From contig JBNGBT010000006.1 in the NCBI GenBank assembly GCA_049903315.1, forward strand, positions 128,001 to 192,000: a stretch of DNA of 64,000 bases, in the 5' to 3' direction. How positions within the stretch are numbered: position 1 is the first letter of the stretch; each line of letters opens with the position of its first letter. This document shows, piece after piece, positions 40,211 through 50,646 of the stretch. Source of the DNA: Candidatus Cloacimonadota bacterium. Its GTDB lineage: Bacteria > Cloacimonadota > Cloacimonadia > JGIOTU-2. The notes beneath the pieces were generated by a model. The model had not been told where the DNA came from. It saw only the letters and a program-made list of their open reading frames with translations, and did no database searches. A program made the translations under genes and the position numbers.

Positions 40211-43200
40211 ATGCATTACCAGTTAAATACAAAGGGTGAGTTTGTTATCATTGATTATAACTCATCCAAACTATTCTCAAGTTTCTTCCCTGGAGTTGCC
40301 GGCAAAAACGGCATTCCCATGTGGACGTTTTACGTAAATCGCGGACAATGCATTTGCAGCATGGGGGTGGAAGGAAAACATCATCCGGTCATGGAATTTC
40401 TTCCTGCGAATTGGGCTTATAATCTAGTTTCAAGTCAGGGCTTTAGAACATTTGTAAAACTGCCCGATCATCCCTCGCTCAAATTCTATGAACCATTCCA
40501 AAACAATTTACGGGATAAAGATATGCATCGAACACAGCGTATGATCATAACATCTTTCCAATTGAGGTTGGAAGAAATGAATCATACTCTGGGGCTTAAA
40601 TTTACAATTGAGTATTTTAATATACCTCAAGATAATTATGCTGGACTTGTTCGCAAGCTGTATATAGAAAATCTGAATAATGAACACATCAAAATTGAAG
40701 GTCTCGATGGACTGCCACTTATTATTCCCTACGGTCTTGATGATTATGGCCTTAAACATATGAGACGATTAGTAGAAGCATTTGTTGAAGTTACCAATTA
40801 CGATACTAAAGTACCTTTATTTAAAGGGAAGGTGAAGCCTGCAGATCGGCCTGATGTGGTAAGGATAAAGAAAGGGAATTTTTATATTGGTTTTGATAAT
40901 GATTCAAAACTGGTTACTCCAATCGTTGATCCAGTGAAAATTTTTGGAAAGCGGGGTGATTACAATTATCCTGAAAATTTCTTAAAATCATCATCAGAGA
41001 ATTTGATCAATGGACAGATTTTTGAGAATCGTTTGCCGTGTGCGATGGGTGTTATTACTACTAACCTCGCAGCAGGTGAATCATTCACATATACATCGAT
41101 TATTGGTCATGCAGGATCTGTTCAGGAATTGAATGAACTGGTACCTAAAATTACTAATCAAGAATACATTGAGAATAAAGCAACTGAAAACAAGAATATA
41201 GTTAAAGCATTAAGTCAACAAAATTTTATTTGTAGTTCGGAACCTGTTCTGAACCTTTATGCCAGACAGAATTTTATAGATAATACTCTGCGTGGTGGAT
41301 TTCCCTACACAATAAAAGGTAAAGAGAGTTCTACAACCCTGCATCTCTATTCACGCAAACATGGCGATTTGGAAAGGGATTATAATGATTACCGCCTCAA
41401 TCCGACACCGTATTCTCAGGGAAATGGGAACTTTCGGGATGTGAATCAAAATCGTAGATGCGATATCTTTTTCAATCCGGATGTGCAGGAAGGAAACGTT
41501 GAACATTTTTACAATCTGATCCAGTTGGACGGTTTTAATCCACTTGTGATAAAAGAAGTCCGTTTCACAGTTTTAAATCAGGAAAAGCTGAAAAACATAC
41601 TGGCCGAATATCTTGGTTGTGAAAAAATAGAAATTGTGAGTACATTTTTACAACAACCATTTGCCCCCGGTGAATTGTTGCTTTTCCTAAGAGAGCAAAA
41701 AATTGATGTTACAGATGATATTGATACCTTCATCGGTGATGTTCTCGGGGTTTGTAAAAAGAACTATGGTACTCAATATGGAGAAGGTTTCTGGACAGAT
41801 CATTGGACGTATAATCTGGATCTTCTGGAAAATTATCTGGCTGTATATCCTGACAAAAAATATTATATCTTATTCGATAAGAAATCATTCTCGTTTTATG
41901 ATAATCCTCATCGTGTTCAATCCCGAGATGATAAATATGTGATCTGGGATGGAAAAGCCATACAACTGAGTTCGGTTGTTTTTGATGATGAAAAAGATTT
42001 ATTAATCAAGCAGCGTACTTTAAACCAAAACAAGGTTCATACGAATTTTGGGAAAGGTGATGTTTATTATACGAACCTATTCACTAAAATACTTTCTCTG
42101 CTTGTTAACAAATTTGCTTCTTTGGATGCTGAAGGAGTCGGTGTAGAAATGGAAGCAAATAAGCCGAACTGGTATGATGCGTTGAATGGTTTGCCTGGTT
42201 TACATGGTTCCAGTATCAGTGAAACTCTGGAAGTTAAACGACATATTTTATTCCTTTTAGAGTCCTTTGAAGAACTTGATCTAGAAGGTCAGAATTTGTT
42301 GGTTTTCGAAGAAATGAAAGAGTTTTTGAACGAACTCCATAATCTTCTAAGGACGCAATTAACTCCCTTTGAATTCTGGGCTAAATCTGCATCTATTAAG
42401 GAAGAATATCGTGAAAAGACTCGATTGGGAATCAGCGGTAAAGAAGTAGTATTATTAAAAGATGATATAATTGTTTTTCTACAAGACGGTCTAAAAAAAC
42501 TGGATGTAGGTATCAAAAAGGCGTGGAACAAAAAGGATAATGTGATCTCTACATATTTCATTAACGAACCTGTTGAATACGAAGAAATAAAGCTATCTGA
42601 TTCTAATGGAAATCAAATTTTGAAGCGAAATGCAAGGGAAATGCCGTGCATTAGAATAAAAAAGTTCAAGCAAAGACCATTACCTCTATTTCTGGAAGGA
42701 CCGGTTCATTACTTGCGTTGTAATACAAACAAGGAACATGCCGAAACATTTGCAACCAATATTAAAAAAAGCGGATTGTTCGACACTAAGCTGAAGATGT
42801 ATAAAGTGAATGAATCTCTGGAAGATCAGCCACCTGAAATTGGTCGTGCTAGAACTTTTACTCCAGGTTGGTTTGAGAATGAATCTATCTGGCTGCACAT
42901 GGAGTATAAATACATGCTGGAATTGATGAGGAATGGTCTTTATAAACAGTTTTACGATGATTTCAAAAATGTTTTTGTTCCTTTTATGAAACCCGAAGTA
43001 TATGGTAGAAGCATTCTGGAAAACTCATCCTTTATTGTAAGCAGTGCAAATTCAGATCCATCATTACATGGTAACGGATTTGTCGCAAGGTTGAGTGGAG
43101 CGACTGCTGAATTCATTAATATCCTGATGTTCATGGTAATCGGGCAGAAACCGTTTGAAGTTGATAATAATGAGCTTCAGTTTTGTTTGAAACCTGCGCT

Positions 43201-43501
43201 TCCTGGTTGGCTATTCACCAGGAAACCGTACAGTAAAAGATTATTCCTGCATGATAACTGGCAGGAAGTAGAATTTAAAGAAAACACATTCAGCTTTATG
43301 TTCTTAGGTGAAATTCTCGTTACGTATCACAATCCGAACAGAAAGGATACTTTTGGTGTCAATGCTGTGGTACCTGCATCTTGGAAATTAATCGATGAAG
43401 AAGGAAATATAGAGATAATCAAAGATAACAAAATAAAAGGTGATATTGCTGAAAAAATCCGAAGAAGAGAGATAAAACGGATTTATGTAAATTTAAATTG
43501 A
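40211..43501 (+). CDS. Putative beta-1,3-glucan phosphorylase, GH161-like
   Basis: FSSFFPGVAG..GIPMWTFYVNRGQ, YSRKHGDLERDYN, SQGNGNFRDVNQNRR, KPNWYDALNGLPG, ENESIWLHMEYKY, RLSGATAEF. No signal peptide. Start moved to the ATG at 40211 because the longer ORF begins inside a terminator. Confidence 0.72.
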   Translation: MHYQLNTKGEFVIIDYNSSKLFSSFFPGVAGKNGIPMWTFYVNRGQCICSMGVEGKHHPVMEFLPANWAYNLVSSQGFRTFVKLPDHPSLKFYEPFQNNLRDKDMHRTQRMIITSFQLRLEEMNHTLGLKFTIEYFNIPQDNYAGLVRKLYIENLNNEHIKIEGLDGLPLIIPYGLDDYGLKHMRRLVEAFVEVTNYDTKVPLFKGKVKPADRPDVVRIKKGNFYIGFDNDSKLVTPIVDPVKIFGKRGDYNYPENFLKSSSENLINGQIFENRLPCAMGVITTNLAAGESFTYTSIIGHAGSVQELNELVPKITNQEYIENKATENKNIVKALSQQNFICSSEPVLNLYARQNFIDNTLRGGFPYTIKGKESSTTLHLYSRKHGDLERDYNDYRLNPTPYSQGNGNFRDVNQNRRCDIFFNPDVQEGNVEHFYNLIQLDGFNPLVIKEVRFTVLNQEKLKNILAEYLGCEKIEIVSTFLQQPFAPGELLLFLREQKIDVTDDIDTFIGDVLGVCKKNYGTQYGEGFWTDHWTYNLDLLENYLAVYPDKKYYILFDKKSFSFYDNPHRVQSRDDKYVIWDGKAIQLSSVVFDDEKDLLIKQRTLNQNKVHTNFGKGDVYYTNLFTKILSLLVNKFASLDAEGVGVEMEANKPNWYDALNGLPGLHGSSISETLEVKRHILFLLESFEELDLEGQNLLVFEEMKEFLNELHNLLRTQLTPFEFWAKSASIKEEYREKTRLGISGKEVVLLKDDIIVFLQDGLKKLDVGIKKAWNKKDNVISTYFINEPVEYEEIKLSDSNGNQILKRNAREMPCIRIKKFKQRPLPLFLEGPVHYLRCNTNKEHAETFATNIKKSGLFDTKLKMYKVNESLEDQPPEIGRARTFTPGWFENESIWLHMEYKYMLELMRNGLYKQFYDDFKNVFVPFMKPEVYGRSILENSSFIVSSANSDPSLHGNGFVARLSGATAEFINILMFMVIGQKPFEVDNNELQFCLKPALPGWLFTRKPYSKRLFLHDNWQEVEFKENTFSFMFLGEILVTYHNPNRKDTFGVNAVVPASWKLIDEEGNIEIIKDNKIKGDIAEKIRRREIKRIYVNLN

Positions 43502-43517
43502 AAATGGAGAATGTATA

Positions 43518-45449
43518 ATGAAAGATATTGAAGTTAGAATTTCTGAGTTATTAGTGAAAATGACTCTTGATCAGAAAGTAGGACAGATCGTCCAGCCGGA
43601 AAGGCAATTTGTTACCCCGCAAGAAGTAAAGAAATATCATATTGGTTCAGTTCTCAGTGGTGGCGGATCGGTTCCCGGTGATAACAAGCCGGATGATTGG
43701 ATAAAAATGAATGATGCTTACTGGGAAGCTTCCATGGAAGAAGACGAAGAGCATCTGGCAATTCCGATCATCTATGGAGTGGATGCAATCCATGGAAACA
43801 CAAACGTGAAAGGGGCAGTTGTTTTCCCGCATAATATCGGATTAGGTGCAGCTAATGATCCTGACTTGCTGGAAAGAATTGCTGCTGTTACTGCCAAGGA
43901 GATCGCAGCAACGGGCGTTGAATGGACTTTTGCTCCAACACTTGCAGTGGCTCGTAACGATCATTGGGGTAGAACGTATGAAAGCTATTCCGAAGACCCT
44001 AAAATTGTCTGCGATTACGCCCCCAGATTTGTTAAGGGACTGCAAGGAAATTATGGGGAAGAAAACGTGATCGCCTGTGCTAAACACTGGGTTGGTGACG
44101 GAGCAACACTGCATGGAATTGATCAGGGAGATATGTGTATCAGTGAACATGAATTACGTAGAATTCATGTTCCTCCTTACAAAGCTGCGATAGATGCTGG
44201 TGTGCTGACTGTGATGGTTTCGTTGAGCAGCTGGTATGGAGAGAAGTGCCATGGTCACAAATTTCTGATTACTGATCTTCTGAAAAATGAACTGGGATTT
44301 AATGGCTTTGTGATCTCCGATTGGGATGGTATCGATTATCTAGATAAGAGTTATGAAGAGTCTGCTGTAATGGCTATGAATGCAGGTATGGATATGTTCA
44401 TGATCACCGGAAAATGGAAAGAATTTATCCAACACATGAAAGCAAATATTCATAACGGCCACATTCCCATGGAACGTCTTGATGATGCCGTGCGCAGAAT
44501 TTTGCGCGTAAAATTCTTGTTTGGTATGTTTGAAAAACCGCGTCCTACAGAAAGAACACTATCGCTGGATCATTCTTGTTTTGGCTCACTGGAACATCGC
44601 GAAGTCGCAAGAGAAGCAGTTCGTAAATCTCTGGTCATGCTCAAGAATGATGAAGATATACTACCACTAAATAAAAATGCTCGAATTTTAGTTGCTGGGA
44701 AAAATGCTCACAACCGCGGACATCAATGTGGTGGATTTACCGTAGCTTGGCAAGGTGTTGATGATAATGACGAGTCAAAAGACAAAACATATATCATGAC
44801 AGATTCTGAAAAAGAGAAACCGCGAGATAAAAAGATAAGTAACGGAATATCTCATAGATCATCAATCATCGGCGGATCTTCGATTTGGGAAGGTATTCAA
44901 GCTGTTGCTCCAAATGCTCATTTGAGTATTGATGGCTCAGATGCTGATCCTGCTAAATATGATGTAGCAATTGTTTGCATCGGGGAAGTCCCTTATGCAG
45001 AAATGCTTGGTGATATTCGTGTTGAGGGATTGAGAAAAGGTTTAAAGATCAGCAAAGGTTCAAGTATTGATGACACGCTACCGGGTGATGAAATTCCTAT
45101 TGTGAAAAAAGGACCGTATGGAACTCATCTCTATTTGCATGAACTTCATCCCGAGGATATTGCAACTATTAAAAATATTACCAGCAAAGGAATTCCGGTT
45201 GTCACGATTATGATCTGCGGTCGTCCGTTAGTTATTGAACAAGAGCTTGAAGAATCGAAAGCATTTGTCATTGCCTGGTTCCCAGGTTCCGAAGGGCAGG
45301 GAGTGGCTGATGTTATCTTCGGTGATTATGATTTCCAAGGCAAACTGAGTTTTTCTTTATCGCGTTTCGATCAGGAAAACTGGAACCTAGGCGATGAAAA
45401 TTATAATCCGCTTTTCCCGTATGGATATGGATTGAAATATGATAGATAA
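43518..45449 (+). CDS. GH3 beta-glucosidase (cytoplasmic)
   Basis: YGVDAIHG, FPHNIGLGA, RNDHWGRTYESYSED, AKHWVGDG, ISDWDG, AWFPGSEG, PLFPYGYGL. Confidence 0.95.
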   Translation: MKDIEVRISELLVKMTLDQKVGQIVQPERQFVTPQEVKKYHIGSVLSGGGSVPGDNKPDDWIKMNDAYWEASMEEDEEHLAIPIIYGVDAIHGNTNVKGAVVFPHNIGLGAANDPDLLERIAAVTAKEIAATGVEWTFAPTLAVARNDHWGRTYESYSEDPKIVCDYAPRFVKGLQGNYGEENVIACAKHWVGDGATLHGIDQGDMCISEHELRRIHVPPYKAAIDAGVLTVMVSLSSWYGEKCHGHKFLITDLLKNELGFNGFVISDWDGIDYLDKSYEESAVMAMNAGMDMFMITGKWKEFIQHMKANIHNGHIPMERLDDAVRRILRVKFLFGMFEKPRPTERTLSLDHSCFGSLEHREVAREAVRKSLVMLKNDEDILPLNKNARILVAGKNAHNRGHQCGGFTVAWQGVDDNDESKDKTYIMTDSEKEKPRDKKISNGISHRSSIIGGSSIWEGIQAVAPNAHLSIDGSDADPAKYDVAIVCIGEVPYAEMLGDIRVEGLRKGLKISKGSSIDDTLPGDEIPIVKKGPYGTHLYLHELHPEDIATIKNITSKGIPVVTIMICGRPLVIEQELEESKAFVIAWFPGSEGQGVADVIFGDYDFQGKLSFSLSRFDQENWNLGDENYNPLFPYGYGLKYDR

Positions 45450-45520
45450 TATCGATAGATAAAAAATCAACTTGTGGATTTCAAACAAGATTAATTGTTC
45501 TTTGAATTTATAGTACATCT

Positions 45521-45669
45521 TTCAACACCTCATTCATTACCACGAGTTCTTTGTAGATTTCTATGTAATCTTCGAGGTTAAGGATCACCATTTGTGATTT
45601 CTTGCGAGAAAAATCTCGTAAGTAATTTATGATAAGTAAATTAAGGGTGTTCGATAAAGAGCACCCTTT
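45521..45669 (+). repeat. Junction repeat, copy A (left arm, tRNA-end core, right arm)
   Basis: 149 bp identical to 50400-50548. Weaker similarity continues to about 45743 and 50620. Confidence 0.95.
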
Positions 45670-45721
45670 CTCTTATCCTAGCAATACAAAATCTATAACT
45701 GACACTATATCAGTGAATTGC

Positions 45722-45741
45722 GGGGTTCGATTCCCCTTGGG
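45722..45741 (+). repeat. Second tRNA-Glu 3' fragment (T-arm)
   Basis: GGGGTTCGATTCCCCTTGGG, identical to 25805-25824. Confidence 0.85.
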
Positions 45742-46236
45742 TCTATTAGGCAATTCTGATATTTTAATGAATAATTTACTTCTTATTTGAGTTGTGGATC
45801 CGAGGATGGGTTTTTATATACAGAAAACATAATAAAAAAAATTGACACCCATTACACAATTCCAATTAATCTAGTTCAAAGGAAAAAATATGATGGCAAC
45901 GAACGATAATTGGAAGAATGTATTGGGAGGACATACCCCCCCCATTTTATTTTAGTAACTAACGCATATTATGCAAGTTACCACAAACCGGCATATTTTA
46001 ACAAGGAAAAACATAGCAAAAATACAATATTACTATTTCTCGGGAAAAATAAATTACTTCATTCCGACCTTACTATTCCGGTTCCCGGGAATAGTGGGGT
46101 GCAAGGAATATGAGTACTGAATCGGCTAAGGTTGGATTGAATATGATGTTGTGGGATATGTATTATGGGTCGTTCTTTTAAAAGAAAATGTGTTAATTAT
46201 TAGTTCATTAAATGACAATGAGACAAAAAAGGAGAA

Positions 46237-48068
46237 ATGATGAAAAAGTATATTTCACTATTAGTGGTACTTATAATATTATTATTCTGTAGCAACTTAT
46301 TTGCAGGTTATCTTTATGTCGAAATATGGAATGCTACAGGATATGAGATGAATGATTGTTGTATTTATCTTAACATCTCAGAAGAAGTTAGTGGAGCAAC
46401 ATGGCAGCCTGGGTTTACACCTTATGTGTTTGAAGTTGATGATCCCTCCAGTGTATATGTATGGGCTTTTTGTTATGCTGATTGCTATGGTTGGGAATTT
46501 TATGCGAATGGAGATGATTACTCTTACTGGAATCCGAATACACAGCATTGGGAAGCTTCTGTAGAAGTTAATGGTGTGTATAATCCTTCACAGATAAATT
46601 TTACTATTACTGTTAACAATGAAATCGATGAAGCATCCAATTGTAGTTTGATCAGAAATCCAAACACTAATCCGGAAACTCTCTTTGTAAACCAAACGAT
46701 TTCTACTGGGACAACAACCTATACTGAATATGAGATATATGTAGATGATGAACTAATGGTTGAGGGTGACGTTGATGGATTTTATTCCGGACAGGTATAC
46801 GATGTAAGTGATTTGGAAGTTGTAGATTATAATTTTAACTCTTCAACATATGTTTTGGATATCTATGCAGAGTTAGACTTAGAATATGATGATACTCCTC
46901 CTGATTATGACTACAATGTAACCAGTTTATCTTCATCAGGTTGGAACTGGGTCTCTTTCCCTGTTCTTGATCCCGATTATGACGATCCTATAGACTATGT
47001 TCTGGAACCAATACTCGATGATTTGGATGAAGTTGTTCATGATCAGGATTACATATATTGGACTGGTACTAGTTGGCAAAACAATATTGGAGATTTTCAA
47101 AGTATCGATGGATATAAGATACAGATGGACGATGATGCTGAACTTGAAGTTGCGGGATGGGTTGAAGATCCTGATACAGAAATACCCCTCTACGAAGAGG
47201 AGGAAAATTGGATAGGATATTTTATCCCATACAGCCATCACCTTCATGGGCATTTGGAGATGCCTGGCAATATCTAAACTGTATTCAAGCAGAAGATTGG
47301 AGTATGTACAAAAAGAACGGGATATGGTATGGACCTGCCGGTGTCACTATAGATTATGGAGATGGTTATGTAGTATGGGTTGACGATGATTGTACTCTTG
47401 AATGGGTTTGTTTTGGTCAAATGAAAAGCTATGAGAAACCTGAATCACAATATTTCTCTTATGAGGAGAAGGCAAGTTATGAAGCAATCGATATTACAGG
47501 CATTGATGAAAGTGTGTTAGAAATAGGTGTTTTTGAGAACGATATTTGCGTCGGAGCTTCAGTTGTGGAAAATGGTTTTGCACAAATTCTTGCATATACT
47601 GAGAATGTAAATAAAAAAGGTTCTGAACTTACTTTTCAAATAGTGAGTGGAAAAGGAGATAAGCAAGAGATATGCAGCTTTTATGTGTATGATTTTGATA
47701 AAAATACCTACATAAAAAAGAATCTCATCTCCGGCAATCAGAAGTACTCACTCGTTAAATTGAGCAAGGGAGAGGGAAACCAAACACCTATCGAGCTTTC
47801 ACTCTCACAGAATATTCCGAATCCCTTCTCTTCTCATACTCTTATATCATATTCAATTCCGAAAGAATCTCATGTGAAGATATCAGTTTACAATTTAAAG
47901 GGCCAAAGAGTGAAAACTCTCGTTAATGAAATATTATCAGTTGGTAGCTATTCTACAGTATGGAATGGCACTGATGATAAAGGTATCACATTACCAAACG
48001 GTGTTTATTTCTATAAACTTGATAATGACAATACATCAATCAGTAAAAAAGTAATAATAATGCATTAA
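46237..48068 (+). pseudogene. Secreted acidic protein with T9SS-like CTD, split by an apparent 1-nt deletion near 47237 (ORFs 46237-47277 and 47208-48068)
   Basis: ORF1 has a signal peptide but no CTD, and ORF2 has a CTD but no signal. Adding one base gives continuous ENWIGYFIPYS[Q/H]SPSWAFGDAW. Confidence 0.7.
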
Positions 48069-48083
48069 TTAGCATATATGAGA

Positions 48084-48118
48084 ACAAGACCGTATTGAAA
48101 AATACAGTACGGTCTTGT
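48084..48118. terminator. Intergenic stem-loop
   Basis: ACAAGACCGTATTG-aaaaata-CAGTACGGTCTTGT, without a strong T-tail. Confidence 0.5.
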
Positions 48119-48145
48119 AACTCTTACTAATATTTCTGGAGTCAT

Positions 48146-50371
48146 ATGCAAAAATTTTTAATTCAATTAATTCTCACAATATTATTTGTTTGTTTTGCAT
48201 CATTTTTATATTCTCATATAATCATCGTCGATATCAATGGAACAGGAAATTACACGAGCATACAGGAAGGAATAGAAAATTCATCAAGCGGTGACACCGT
48301 TTTGGTACATCCCGGAACATATTATGAGAATATAAATTATAATGGAAAGAACATTACGGTAGCAAGTTTATATATCAATACACAAATTGATTCATTTGTA
48401 AAAAATACTATAATTGACGGTAACCAGAATGGGAGTGTGGTAACCTTCGAAAGTGGAGAAGATACCTCTGCAGTTCTTTGTGGATTTACTCTTCAAAATG
48501 GAAGTGGTACATATAATTTACATAATATTAGAGGTGGAGGAATTTTTTGTATCAACTCTAATCCTAAGTTATTAAGTTGTAATATCCAAAATAATAATGC
48601 CGAGTTCGGTGGTGGTATTCATTGCAGATATTCAATGATACATATCTCAGGAACAACGATCCGTTATAACCATTCGATATATGACGGCGGAGGGATATAT
48701 TTAAGAGACGAGTCTAATATCATTTTCGATAGTATTAACCGATCAAACATTTATTTAAATTACGCAGGATGCGGTTGTGATATAGGTTCTTATGAAATAA
48801 GCGGTATAGAAGTAATAGTAGATACGTTTACCGTTATTGAACCAGATGATTACAATACATATCCTTATGAAAGCTATGATTTTGATATTTATAGTAATAA
48901 GATAGAAATGATAAATTGTGACCTATATATTAGTCCTTTGGGTAATAACACAAGTAGTGGATTTTCACCTGATGATCCATTGAAAACAATATCCTATGCG
49001 ATGACAAAGATAAAGTCGGATAGCATAAGCTGTAATACAATATATCTATCAAATGGGATATATTCACCAGCTACGAATGAGGATTTATTCCCGATTAATT
49101 GTAAAGATTATGTTTCTATTCAAGGGGAGGATAAGGATTTAACTATTCTTGATGGGAGTAATGAATGGTTTTTACTATATTCCTATGAAGACAATGATTA
49201 TTCTATAAAAGATATTACATTACAAAATGGTTTTAATGATATAACAGGAGGGGGTATGAGTATTCATTATGGACAAGATATATTTTTGAAGGATATAAAT
49301 TTTATTAACAATAAAGCTGAAGTGGGTGGTGGAGGATTGAATATATTTGAAACACAGGGGGTATTTGAAAATTTAACAATTCGTAACAATTCGTCTGATG
49401 GAGGAGGTGGTCTCTTTGTTTCTAATAATTCAAATCCTGTATTTATTAATTGTATTATCGATAGAAATAATACAATTACTCCAGGTTGGGGATATGCAGG
49501 AGGAGTAAGTTGCACAGTTGAGTGTAATCCAGTATTTATTAACACGGCAATAACAAATAATGAATCAGATGAAACAAGCGGATTAAGTGCTTCTGGTGGT
49601 GCTGGGGATTATTGCGATCCAATTCTAATAAATTGTACTATTTGCGATAATTCAGAAAACCCATATGGAACTATTTATCAAGGAGATGGATCTCATATTA
49701 GTTTAATAAATTGCATATTAAGGAATTATTCAGATGATGAGGTTGTATTCTCTACCAATCCACCAGCAAAAAAAGTCACTGTATCGTACTCAAATATTAA
49801 AGGTGGTATTGATGCTATAAACACGAATAACAATGGTAGCATTATCTGGGGAGACGGCAATATAGACGAAGATCCGCTGTTTGTTGGCGGGGATCCCTTC
49901 AGTTATGAGTTAACACCAGAATCTCCCTGCATCGATGCCGGCACACCGGACACAACAGGACTGCATTTACCTGCAACGGACTTAGCAGGTAATCCGAGAA
50001 TATTCAATGGAAGAATAGATATCGGTGCATATGAGTGTCAGGATACAGTAAGCGTGGATGAACCGGACACGAGTTTTATTCATAATTTGTATTTATTCCA
50101 GAATACCCCGAATCCTTTTACGAATGAGACGGAAATATTGTTCATCACTGCGGATTACGAAAGAGTAGAAGATTACACACTTTCCATATACAATACCAAA
50201 GGACAGCTTGTCCGCAGGTTCGATGGTAGAACTAATAATTTTTGGGTAAAGACAAAGATTGTCTGGGACGGAACGGATGAACGGGGCAAACACGTAGCAC
50301 CCGGAACATATTTATATAAATTAGAATACAACGGACATGCAGTGGTGAGGAAGATGGTGAAGGTGAGATAG
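48146..50371 (+). CDS. Secreted right-handed parallel beta-helix protein with C-terminal T9SS-like sorting domain
   Basis: YTSIQEGI..GDTVLVHPGTYYEN, repeated GGGI/N-x-A motifs, SPCIDAG...DLAGNPRI..GRIDIGAYE, and QNTPNPF...KMVKVR. Confidence 0.85.
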   Translation: MQKFLIQLILTILFVCFASFLYSHIIIVDINGTGNYTSIQEGIENSSSGDTVLVHPGTYYENINYNGKNITVASLYINTQIDSFVKNTIIDGNQNGSVVTFESGEDTSAVLCGFTLQNGSGTYNLHNIRGGGIFCINSNPKLLSCNIQNNNAEFGGGIHCRYSMIHISGTTIRYNHSIYDGGGIYLRDESNIIFDSINRSNIYLNYAGCGCDIGSYEISGIEVIVDTFTVIEPDDYNTYPYESYDFDIYSNKIEMINCDLYISPLGNNTSSGFSPDDPLKTISYAMTKIKSDSISCNTIYLSNGIYSPATNEDLFPINCKDYVSIQGEDKDLTILDGSNEWFLLYSYEDNDYSIKDITLQNGFNDITGGGMSIHYGQDIFLKDINFINNKAEVGGGGLNIFETQGVFENLTIRNNSSDGGGGLFVSNNSNPVFINCIIDRNNTITPGWGYAGGVSCTVECNPVFINTAITNNESDETSGLSASGGAGDYCDPILINCTICDNSENPYGTIYQGDGSHISLINCILRNYSDDEVVFSTNPPAKKVTVSYSNIKGGIDAINTNNNGSIIWGDGNIDEDPLFVGGDPFSYELTPESPCIDAGTPDTTGLHLPATDLAGNPRIFNGRIDIGAYECQDTVSVDEPDTSFIHNLYLFQNTPNPFTNETEILFITADYERVEDYTLSIYNTKGQLVRRFDGRTNNFWVKTKIVWDGTDERGKHVAPGTYLYKLEYNGHAVVRKMVKVR

Positions 50372-50399
50372 GAACCGAGAAACAAATCACAGTATGTCC

Positions 50400-50548
50400 T
50401 TCAACACCTCATTCATTACCACGAGTTCTTTGTAGATTTCTATGTAATCTTCGAGGTTAAGGATCACCATTTGTGATTTCTTGCGAGAAAAATCTCGTAA
50501 GTAATTTATGATAAGTAAATTAAGGGTGTTCGATAAAGAGCACCCTTT
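50400..50548 (+). repeat. Junction repeat, copy B
   Basis: Identical to 45521-45669. Confidence 0.95.
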
Positions 50549-50646
50549 TTTATTTTCCATTAAATACAAAGTTTATGACTAATCCTATATCAATGAGTTG
50601 CAGGATTCGTTTCTCATTTGGTTTCTTCAAAGTTTTCTTTTAAAAA

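Noticed and set aside
47225..47245. Programmed ribosomal frameshift or phase variation at the split exoprotein gene
   Set aside because: There is no slippery heptamer, homopolymer or short tandem repeat at the shift point.
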